Shown in pieces: positions 26,501 through 38,044 of a stretch of 64,000 nt of DNA. The translations under genes were made by a program, and so were the position numbers. Each line of letters opens with the position of its first letter. The stretch's first letter is position 1. The stretch comes from Daphnia carinata (taxonomy: Eukaryota): the NCBI RefSeq assembly GCF_022539665.2, contig NC_081332.1:3038001-3102000 (forward strand). Direction: 5' to 3'. A model generated the notes under the pieces. The model was not told the origin of the DNA and searched no databases. It saw nothing but the letters and a program-made list of their open reading frames with translations.

Positions 26501-27642
26501 TAGGATAGAAATGCTGTTGCGTTATGTTTGGTGGACCGTGTCCTACCACCCTGAACCTATCCATTCTTGTAGGAAACTGAAAGTAGAAGCAACTGTTCCT
26601 GCGCGTTCGACTTTCACAAGCGACTAAACGCGTCTGAATTTCTTGAGAAGGTTAATTTTGCTGTGGCAACATCTATGCGTTTGAAAGATTTACATACGAA
26701 ACAATTTTGTAAAGCGTTCGACCGTTCTTGCAGGCTTTCACCGCAATGTATGTCTCTCCCAGTTTTTGGATTCTAATATTTATATCGTTTTATAAGAGAG
26801 TAGTTGGGCACAGTCGAATCTAGGAAATCAAGACAGAAAATTTCGACGAACATTAGTGATACCAAATTTCTTGGATAGATCTTTTTCAAATTTGTCTATT
26901 TACAGCCGATGAATTTCCTTATTTGTGTGAAATACTGGCGTCAAATATGCCACGGTGTACCACTGCTAATAGCAAACTGACCATTGTCACGGTCTGTCTT
27001 TTATTGTTATTTCGGTCAAGGTCTTGCTGCACGTCAGTTCAGCTTTCGCCAGGGAAGAGGAACTGGTTAAAGCAATGTCTGTTACTTGAACTGTTATTTT
27101 GTTTCTTGGCAGTGTCGGGACGTCGATGTCAACAATTTCACCACACCCAATGAAAGCAGAATTTCCGTTTTGCCGTCATCACTCAAGCCAAACGCATCAC
27201 TGATAGAGCCACGTCCAAAACCATTAAGCTGCTTCCTAATTATTCGCAGTGTGGGATTTCTACACCGTTGTTCACCTGGCCGAAATAAAGACTCTCCGTG
27301 CTTAACGATTCGCTTCTACTATTGGTAACTCGCTTTCAAAAATTGGAATTTACCACATCCTTAATGACTAATTGATTACAGGTAACTTACTGCTACGGAT
27401 TCTGGTGCAGCGATGCTTAAGGGAGTGCTTGGTCGTGATAGTTGGTGATCGCCGTCGTTTAAAGGCCCACGGTGGTGAAAAGAGCCCATTGAACTATGTG
27501 AACTCGACCTACTGTTGAAGGCAGCTTGCCTTACTGCTGGAGGGAAGTAATGAATGGGTGAAGATGGAATGGTTGGTGCAGCTCCATTTTCATGTTCGGA
27601 AGGCGTTCCATCGGCTAAATCATTCCCTGATGTGACATTCAT
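23509..27642 (-). CDS. Orai: Orai CRAC calcium channel; core 23509-24343 plus in-frame upstream exon 27391-27642
   Basis: [33 protein letters not shown] (TM1, pore Glu), [17 protein letters not shown] and [15 protein letters not shown]. The upstream exon ends in phase 0 at a GTAAGT donor and joins AG|AAA ATG. Confidence 0.93.
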
Positions 27643-29312
27643 TTTATAACTGGTTACCACTTTCTGATTTTTGGGGACAGTCTGACGAGTGTTGTTTGTG
27701 ATTTGAAAACTAGGCACCAACTAGGACGAAATCTCTTTCAAGCTGTTCTGATAGACAAGGATTTGGTAACTGAACTGAAATGCATGAACTCAACTCCTGA
27801 TTGGCACTTAAATCACTTTCTATGGAATAACTCCACTTCCGTTTACTAGCACCAGCGTAAAAATTCGTTGTACGATCTGTAAGCCTATGAGAAGAAATGT
27901 GCAGCATTGTTGTGAAATGTAGTGGTAGATATATGCTTTTCACCTGACAGTAAGACCAACTGTTTACGTTTTTTGGCCATGAAAAAATTTCGGTTTTTAC
28001 CTTTAGCTGTCCTACTTTCGGTTCTTGTCCATCGATCTGCTGTCAATTAAAATATCATCAAGTGATCCAGCAGAAATGCAAGTTCCGGGTTTTCGTAATA
28101 AATCCTTGTGAAGGTCGTGTTCTTGCAATGACACGAACGCGTGAGCCTTCGTCATCTATGGCAGAAACGATTTACAGTCATTTTCTACAATTTTCGGAAA
28201 AAAAAATATAATGAAAATGAAATTTTTGACTCCGTATGTTTGCATCTTTTTGTATGAGAAGTCAAAAAGCCAAGGTCCTTCCATCAGAAATAGCCTCTGG
28301 GCGTCTGGATAGTGAAAAAAGCGGTATCATTTCCTTGACACACTGACATACAGTAAATCATTATCCTTTGCGGTTTCACTCATATGCGCATTCGACTTTT
28401 TCAGTTGCATGGTTTACTTCTCGGATCCAGATATTGATTTTATCGCAACTATTGGCATTTTTGCTTGATTTCTTTGCCTAATTGCAATAACCAGGATGTG
28501 GACATGGGGATATTTTTTTTGTAGAATTTTTCTCACGCATACAGAATGTTTCGGGGGGCGGTTGTGAATAAAGGATCGGGTTGTACAAATCAATTAAAGC
28601 ATTTAATAGCAAGGGAAGGTCATCGCAAAGTGTGCATCGCGATGGTATATCACATGTTCCTTACTTGATGCGAACACATTTGTTTATGAGGTATTTTTTA
28701 AAAAACCTCTATTAAATTGAAAGGTCTCGTATTTGGTCGTTTCATTCTCTACCAAAACTCCTCGCTCCACCTTATCTAAGGCTATTTCTCATGTTGTGTA
28801 TAGTTTAAAACAATCATTAATTCAACACTAGCAGACAACCACAAAGGTTTTGATTTTCATAATTCGGTTAGTTTATGATAAATTCTGTCAAATCGTAATA
28901 AAATTGTTTCACGGTAGAAAACAGTTTCCAATTCTAATCCTAATGATCATATCACATGATCCTGTTGTCTACATAGTTAATTAATTTTATGCCATGTAAT
29001 ATTTATACTTCATTGTTAAACAAAGGGGGGTGCAGACCGTCAGTAGTCGTTTGGAGCAAATACCTCTGTTGCCATCTAGCGAATCCAGTTTAAGGCTAGT
29101 ATTGTGAACACCTCGTGCTTTTTTGAGAGTCATTCTGAAGAGACCCAACGTGTGTCATTCCGTGAGTTTCTTTTACCGGCTCTCCCTGATTGCAGCACCG
29201 TCTTTCAATTGTAATTTCCAAGAGTTCTTCAAGTCAAATGTCTTTTGTTTTTACATTTCAGTGTTTATATCTTTGCTAGGTCACTACTGAATCCAATTTC
29301 TTGTAGCTCATC

Positions 29313-31654
29313 ATGGCATCCATCAGTCTTCTGAATCCCAAAGCCGAGATAGCTCGTGCCGCCCAGGCCCTTGCTGTCAATATTTCTGCTGCAAAAGGAA
29401 TTCAAGATGTAATGAAGTCTAACTTAGGTCCAAAAGGCACCATGAAAATGTAAGTTTAAATTTTCCTTAGTGATTGTTCATAAGAATTCTTGCATGAAAA
29501 AGGATGTCCCATTTGACATCAAAATTAATTTTAATTTTAATTGTTATTCTAAATGGTGGAAAAATCAAGCCATATGATTGTTCACTTGTTACTTATTCTT
29601 GACAATTGCAATAGGCTTGTCTCAGGTGCCGGAGAAATCAAGATTACTAAAGATGGCAATGTTCTTTTGCATGAAATGGTAAAATTGAAAATCATAGCCT
29701 CTTTGTTACACTCACTAATAGCTGCTTATGTTCTGCAGCAAATTCAACATCCTACAGCTTCCTTGATTGCTAGAGCATCAACTGCTCAGGATGAGGTTAC
29801 TGGAGATGGTACAACAAGCACAGTATTGGTTATTGGAGAGTTGCTTAAGCAAGCAGATCTCTATGTATCTGAGGTAAATATTACATCAGAACAAAGGAAA
29901 ACTGGATTATATGTTGATAAATATCTGAATTTTAGGGCCTGCACCCCAGAATTTTGACTGAGGGTTTTGAACTTGCAAAGGTGAAAGCTTTAGAAGTTCT
30001 TGAGTCTGCAAAGATTCCAGTGGAATCTAAGCGAGATATTCTACTTCAAGTTGCAAGAACCTCATTGAGGACAAAGGTTCACCATGTTTTGGCTGATCTC
30101 CTCACAGAAGCCTGTGTAGATGCCACGTTAGCAATTCAAGAAGAAGGTATAAACACAACAAAAAAAAATTGCATTAGATTCATAATTTTAATGTGTAAAT
30201 TCTAGATAAACCCATTGATCTGCATATGGTTGAAATTATGGAGATGCAACATAAGACAGAACTTGATACCCAGCTTATCCGTGGGATCGTTATGGACCAT
30301 GGCTCCCGCCATCCCGATATGCCTAAGAGGGTGGATAATGCCTACATTCTCACTTGCAATGTTTCAATGGAATACGAGAAAAGGTAGCTTGGAGGTTTTA
30401 CTGTATTCTTTTCTTTCATAGAAAGCCTTTGTACCGTTCATATTTTTTACCATTCCGGCTGTATAGTGTTCAAGAATACGCATAGTTTTATACGTTTACT
30501 TAATTGCTATTCTTCATGCTAAACCAGTGAGGTGAACTCGGGATTCTTTTACAAAACAGCCGATGAGCGCGAGAAACTCGTGAAAGCTGAAAGGCAATTC
30601 ATCGAGAGTCGAGTTCAAAAAGTGATTGATTTAAAGAAGAAAGTTTGTGATGGCACTGACAAGAACTTTGTAGTCATCAACCAGAAGGTACAATTTCGTA
30701 TATGCACAGTTACAGAGAAGCGTGGCATTTTACTATTTCAATGACAGGGAATCGATCCGCTATCTTTGGATATGCTTGCTAAGGAGGGCATTATTGCTCT
30801 TCGTCGTGCCAAGCGCCGTAACATGGAACGATTGACCCTAGCTTGTGGTGGCACTGCAATGAACTCATTCGACGATCTATCTGAATCGTGCCTTGGATAT
30901 GCTGGTGCCGTCTACGAACATGTTTTGGTAATAACAATTTTACTTTAATTTGACTTAGTAATTTAAAGAGTTTCTGGCGATTAACTTGGCTGTTACGATA
31001 GGGTGAAGAAAAGTATACATTCGTTGAAGATTGCCGTAACCCACGAAGCGTTACCATTCTCATCAAAGGACCGAATAAGTATACTTTGACGCAAACGAAA
31101 GATGCCATTAGGGATGGACTTCGTGCCGTTGTCAACGCACTTGAAGATGGTTAGTTGGAAGCTACTTGTTCCTTCATAGACCTATGTAATTAAATGCGGT
31201 AATGTTATCTCAAGGTTTTGTCGTTCCCGGAGCTGGAGCCGTTGAAGTTGCAACTCACAAGGCCTTGAGTGCGTACAAGGAACAGGTGAAGGGACGTGCT
31301 CGCCTGGGTGTGCAGGCATACGCTGATGCCATGCTGGTCATTCCTAAAGTCTTGGCACAGAACGCTGGATTCGATCCTCAAGATTCTATTGTTAAGATGC
31401 AGCAAGAGTTCGCTGAAGGCGGACCCCTCATCGGTTTTGATCTGCAATCAGGAGAGCCAATGATTCCTGCCGATCTAGGAATCTATGATAACTACCGTGT
31501 TAAGAAACAGATTCTTCATTCTTGGTAACTTTATTTATTTGAAATTCGTTTACATTTTTATTCCATGTTTGCCTTATTTTCTAGCACGGTCATCGCTAGC
31601 AATCTGCTTTTGGTGGATGAAATTATGCGTGCTGGTCTGTCATCGTTGAAGTAA
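29313..31654 (+). CDS. CCT6: T-complex protein 1 subunit zeta (CCT6)
   Basis: [12 protein letters not shown]...[51 protein letters not shown], and C-terminal [15 protein letters not shown]. Confidence 0.97.
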
Positions 31655-32152
31655 AGTCCATGTCTTAAGCTCCACCGAGTTCCTGAGCAGCAATGGAAGA
31701 CTTTTTCTAATCAATCTGCTTGAATTCTAATTGCGTTCCGGCTCACCATTTTCGTCCGCTTGAAAACTAATGTTATTACAATCTGCTAATCACAACTCAG
31801 TTTTAGTTTTTGCTGTGATTATTCATCGTGGAATTTTTTTTTCACAACGAGCTGAGAGAAATCGACTAATGTGAGTTGAGTTTAATAGTCAGTTTTGGCG
31901 TGTGGATTAGGGTTATCGACTATTTTTTATTTCTGGAAACTTGTGTTCATGCAAACACGAAAACGACAGCAAAGATAACTAGAAAACGTTCGACCGTTTT
32001 TGTCATAGTCGCTTAATTTCAAAATGAATACAGCTACACAATTTTGAGGATTTTAAAAACAGATCAGGATGGGGGAATGGTTAAACTATTAATAATGCAG
32101 TATTTGCAATGCAGATGATAGTGTTTTTAGCTGAAGTTTGCTTGAATAAATT

Positions 32153-32998
32153 TTAATATGGTTGTCTTCGCCGAGTTGTTCTTTGTTTATCGAAACGCAT
32201 TTCCATCTCTTCTAATATTTTTGGTGTGTAGCGAACAACTAATTTCACTGAGCCATGAGCAGCTTTGAGCAGTTCTACAGCCTTCTCATGATTTTCACCC
32301 TCTACAGACTAAAGATGGTGAAAAATTAGTAGCTGTTGAAAAAAATGGGCAAAATCAACTTACCACTCCATTCACAGAGAGCAATTGGTCTCCACGTTTG
32401 AGACCCCCATGTCTGTCTGCCACACCTCCAGGGATGATTCTTGATATGTAAATAGGTGAATTTTGCTCTCTTCCTATTATTTATTTAAGTTTAAAGTGAT
32501 GTTAGGAAATAATTGAATGATTTTTCTTACCTCCCATGACATTGAATCCAAGGCCTTCATCAGTTTTGGGAAGCTCTACAACTCGTGGATGAGCATGACC
32601 TTCACTTGCAGCAAAGGCTGCAATTGTAGCTTTGGCTGTGGCAGAAGCACGCACATCAGGGGAGCCTCCCATCTCTACGGTCTCATAAACATGTTCATAG
32701 ACTTCCCTAACAGCTCTAAGAAAGTCACTCTGCAACACCTTGTGTAAAGCAGACAGTTTTGCCGTTGGAACTTCCCCACCTAGATATGCATTAGTATATG
32801 ACCTAAAACTCTGACTGAGAAATTTTTGCATTTGTCTTACTTTTCATTAATTTTTCCAACAGTTCCACAGCTCGATTTATATCTACATTAAAAAACATTT
32901 GATGGAACAACCAATAACATTGCACAAAAATGTGAAAAAGTTTCCAGTTTACCTTTGTCCAGAGATAACTGCTCGTTTATAGTCGTAGTTGCCATCAT
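32153..32998 (-). CDS. Lin-7: Lin-7/Veli L27-PDZ scaffold protein
   Basis: [59 protein letters not shown], then [29 protein letters not shown] in the next exon. Confidence 0.96.
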
Positions 32999-34375
32999 TG
33001 ATATTTCAGTATAATTAAGATGACTGTCAAATTTGGGTTAAGAACAGCTAAATTTCCAGGGCAAAACACACAAAAACTTGCTGTCAATACCCAGGCTCCG
33101 CCCTGGCATATTTTGTCCGCCGTTGGAGGAGTGTTTCAACGCCCTCTTTAATAGTAGGAAGTTTCATTTTATCATATAATCTTCCTATAATATTTAATCA
33201 ATAAAATTGGTTTTTTAGGGTGAAATAATTGAGAACGATTGTGTGTTTCATTTATTCACGTGTGAATTGTGAAGAACTTAGGTCATACTGTTTAGCCAGC
33301 CAGCTTTGGTCCAGAAAGAATGGATGCCAATCAATAGCGTGCTCTCAAGTCCCAAACCCTCTTCCCGACTTCCAAGGTTTCATGGTTTCATGTCACAACT
33401 TCAAAAGTAGCACCAAATAGATTGCTATCTCAAGAAACCAATGACAGAGCCTATGTTTGACGACTCCGGAATTCGAACACATGCATTTCTATTGCTGAAT
33501 GTGACCAAAAAACGCACAAAACATTACATCCACGAACAAATTCCAGTTTGATGAACCAGCTGTCTATTATAGACTCGATGCACTTGAGAATGAAGAATAG
33601 AGACTACAATATCAAAGGCAGAAAAAAACATTAAGGTAAACGATTAGTTTTTCGTTAAGAATTTAACCCAAAAAGAAGTTTAATGTTCCCTTTTAAAATT
33701 TCACAGAGGTGTCTGATTGTACAAATGGCACTTTGAATATTTGAAAACCGGGTTCTTAAATGAATTTCGTACAAAAACGTAATTTTTTTTTCCAGTGAAT
33801 TTCATGTCTGATAATATTCATCTCTATTATATATTTAAAAAAAAGGAAGTGGAGGAGAGATGGAATTGACCTAGATTTTTGGTTGGCGTGATAAAATTGT
33901 AGTTCTTGCCCTTTTTCTTTCATTTGTTTTTGAATGTCACTGTAACGCATCAACACCAGATTCGCGAATTCTGTTTATCCTTTTTATAGGTCAAATGTCG
34001 ATTTGTGACCTACATGTCTGCCTTATTTGATAGACGAATACGAGGATAGAATGACGGAGTGCGTTCGGGACGGAGACGGAAAACAACAAAACTAAAATAA
34101 AATATAAATGGAAAAATGTTCAACAAGTTGCCGGGCGAGAGATTGATATGGTAATTCACTTGAAACACGACGGCTGAGTCAACAAATGCCATGAGCGTCG
34201 GGCCGCCCGCTCTTGTGCCCGGCGGGATGGACAAACGCGCCTAGTGCGGACAGAACAGGAGGTACAAATAGCAGTCGGTGTCGATATTAGCTAGCATCGA
34301 GTTCTCTGAACGAGCAGTTTAGTCTTGGAAAAGTTCCTATTTCATCTGAGTTTACAATATCCCGAAATAATCATC

Positions 34376-35155
34376 ATGAAATCTACCAAAGTTATTACGC
34401 TGTTGCTGATAGCATCATTTGCTATGGTAAAATTATTTAAACTATTTAGAACTAGTCTTAAATCCACAATCTGCATCTAATTTCTGGTTTAAAAATAGCA
34501 CTTGGCTAGGCCTAGTTAAAGTGCTCGAGTTTATATCCTTATTTCCTGTCTAAATGTTTTCTCTAGTTTTAAGTCATATACCATTCTGAATGTATGGCTT
34601 ACTTTCATTATCACGTTACTTAATTTAATTCGTTCGCTCACAAACAAAACAGCTCGCTCTTTTTGATGCTACCGCCGAAGCTGCAGCCTCCGAACGCCCA
34701 CAACGCCGCCGTCGGCCATTTCAACCCGAACTTGATGCTGACGGCAATGTAATTGCGTCACAAGCAACTCCTCGATTTCCTTTTTTACATCAGCGAAGGT
34801 CAGTGTCTTTTATAATTTTGACGACATCTGCGATTGTGATATTGATTATTATTATTATTATTTATTTATTTTACTAGAGCATATGGCAAGGTCAACCAAG
34901 CTACTGCTTCGGGCAGCAACTCTAATAGCAAATCATTGCAATCTGATATTTCGGAAAGCTGCAAATCCGAGCCTGGCTGCGAGTGGAGCTGCCCTGAAGA
35001 TCTTAACGAATGCATGTAATTATTTTTTTACATTTATACAGTTAATTCATTACGAAATTTTTAATACGTTTTGTTTTCTAAGATGCCGCTGTAAATTTGA
35101 TCCACTTGGTACCAACATCCGCGTTTCACGAGAATCAAGACCTTCCCCACCTTAA
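34376..35155 (+). CDS. Orphan 135-aa secreted precursor with basic cleavage sites and a six-Cys motif (exons 34376-34426, 34653-34798, 34878-35015, 35083-35155)
   Basis: Four GT-AG-joined exons give a 408-nt stop-terminated frame: MKSTKVITLLLIASFAMLALFDATAEA...RRRR...QRR...CKSEPGCEWSCPEDLNECICRCKF...SPP*. Confidence 0.7.
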
Positions 35156-36289
35156 TCAACATACTATTTCATTCTAATGCTTATTACTTGATATTGATAA
35201 CCATCTCCCATGCGCTGATTTTTTAATTTTGTTTCTGCTGATAGACAATTCACTGTTGCCGTTTATATTTACTCTTCCGCCTCTTCTAAAGGCTATTTTT
35301 TAACTTATTTTTTGTTTTAATTAAAAATGGATGATATATAACCACGATTAATAATAACGAGACAACAAAACTATTAGAAGATGAAACCTTTTCTTTGTTA
35401 AACGTTCGTATTACCGCTACTTCTCCAACACATCACGACTCAATATGAAACTTCAGACGGAAGCGGATAAGTCCTTCATGACTGCATACCTGGCTGCTTC
35501 TATCCTGTTACTTAAAAAAAAACACCCTTTTGCGCAAATTGTAAATAGGGTGAACCTGTTGTGTCGTAAAAATATGTTTATCATGTCTAAGGTCATTATT
35601 GTACCTGACCTTCAAAACGGGTTATAAATAGGTACCATGCGCTGATATATCAATGCATTAAAAAAAGGATGCACAAAAAACATCCCATGAGCCTATGCCT
35701 GAAAATGCGCCTAGAACGGCCGTTACAAAACAGGCGAAGGGTTCAAAATATCCAACGGCAAAGGCGGCTCCATAGGCCAATAGCGATTCAGGATATATAC
35801 AACTGTGTTCGCTTTTAGTTGGGTGCGCACATGACTAGCGCATGGTTTCTATTTTGGCTTCAACCTAAGTGTACCCCTGGTACCTACTAGCTTCCTGAAG
35901 CTGCTTTGTAAGCCCCATAGCCCAGCACCCCAGCACCAAGCATAGCCCAAGCTCCTTTGTGATAACGTTCTTGAAAAAGTTTTCGACTGCCACCTTGATT
36001 AAATTTAATCTTCTGGTGTGTCTTCTACGCTATTTATCCCCAAGAAAGTCTGTAAGTATTGTTTTGTGCTATTTCAAATATTTTCGCTTGTCAAATACTC
36101 CAGAATCGGGCAAAAACAATAACTTCCGAGAGACACAATTACGCTTTTGGACGCAAACTAAGCCCCTCCTTTGCCATGATTTTCGAAGTCAGACATGCTT
36201 GTTTAGTTTTCTCAAAAATATTTGGAAAGTATTCTTGTACTAAGTCTGCTTGTTTTCTTGAACTCTTTTAGATTTCAAGATAGTCCAAA

Positions 36290-37075
36290 ATGCCCCGTGC
36301 TAAAGGAGATTCAAACAAGCCTCGTGGCAGAATGACTGCTTATGCTTATTTCATGCAAACTTGCCGTGAAGAACATAAAAACAAATACCCAGATGAGAAT
36401 GTTGTGTTCCTCGAGTTCTCCAGGCGGTGTGCTGGCCAGTGGAAGGTAGTTTCTATAATGTGGTCCATCAATCTTGACATACATTTAACCTCTGGTCTTT
36501 GTTAAAGCTCATGACTGAAAATGACAAAAAGAGATTCCAAGGAATGGCTGAGCGCGACAAGCTTCGTTTTGAAAATGAAATGAGGCATTACACTCCCCCA
36601 CAAGGTGCGACCGGTCGTGGAACCAAGCGCAAACAAGTGAAAGATCCGAATGCCCCCAAACGTTCCCTCTCGGCTTTCTTCTGGTACGTTGAAAAGAAGA
36701 CGTCAACCGTGCCGAAATTTATGTTTAAATTAAATATTTGTTAATCGCGGGATAGGTTTTGCCATGATTTGCGTGGACACGTCAAGGAACAACATCCCGA
36801 ATACACTTTGGGAGAAATCGCTAAAGAGTTGGGAAGACGCTGGGGTGTATCCGATGATGCTACCAAAGCCCAGTACGCCGCCAAGGCTGAACAAGACAGA
36901 GCGCGTTACGAAAGAGTAAGTTATCATCATTTGATAATAATCTCCTGCTTAATCACAGTGTCTTACTTTCATTGGGTTCCCCCAGGATATGAATGCTTAC
37001 AAGAAAACGAAAATTGAACCCACACATAATGAGTACTACGACGAGGATGACGAAGAAGAAGACGACGACGAATAA
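36290..37075 (+). CDS. HMGB: HMGB/DSP1-like protein with two HMG boxes and an acidic tail (4 exons)
   Basis: [47 protein letters not shown], and tail [13 protein letters not shown]. Confidence 0.93.
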
Positions 37076-38044
37076 AGGGGTTTCCTCTGTGCGAGGGTTA
37101 TTCTGGTTCTCTTTGTTTCTTTATAGATCTTTCCTTCCCTTGTTTTAAGATTCTATGTGGGCATGTGGTCAAGAAGAGATTCTTCTCTCCTGTTTTACAA
37201 TTGCTTAACAGAAAGGATTTGAAAGATTGTTCTTACTTTTTCCTAATTTTATTTCTGTGACTGCCTCTGTCATTTTCATCCTACTTGCTCGGTATTCTTG
37301 TGCGTACAACAACATACGATATGTATTCGTTCGCATGCTGAATTCGTGAAGAAAACCAAAATAATATCCACGGATTGCCCTTTTGCAATACTTCATGTAA
37401 AAATTGGCATTGTATCTTTTTTTTGTCTCGCCGCAAGCTCAATTCATTTCAGGCGCAAGGTCTCAATGCCAATTTTTCCCTACATCACTCAAGTGTACAC
37501 AAAAAAAATTGGCAAACATAATGAGCCTTGTGTTTGAACATGAATTAGGCTCAAGTTACCCTGGAATAAGAAAAACAAAATTAAGTTCTGAATTTGGATT
37601 CTTGGAATTATTTGGTTCCAGGGCTTGGCAATCTACGATATTAGAATTCCAACCCTGAATTCACGTCCGAAAGTCAGTTCTAACAAAAAATATTTTGAGT
37701 ATCGAACACCCGTCATTCACCAATGAAGCGTTCTTCATTTTCCCTGCGCGAAACATTGTCGTATTTTTTTTTTTTTTTGTACGTCGGCAGCAAAAGTGGC
37801 AATGTCTGAAAATACACCGTCATTTTCCTCTTATCGTCTGTACCCTGGGGTTAGTTCTGCTGCCTTTATGATGTAAATGCATTGACTTTTCAGGTAGCCT
37901 TCGCTGATTGGTCCTACGAGATAAAATGGGTGGGATTGGCAGACGCAGTGTGACAGCTCACCAGCTATTGTCCCTCGTGAAACCTGCGATAGACGGGTTT
38001 TCTTGCCGCCCATTTCATATTGTCGGCTCCCAACGGCATGTACT

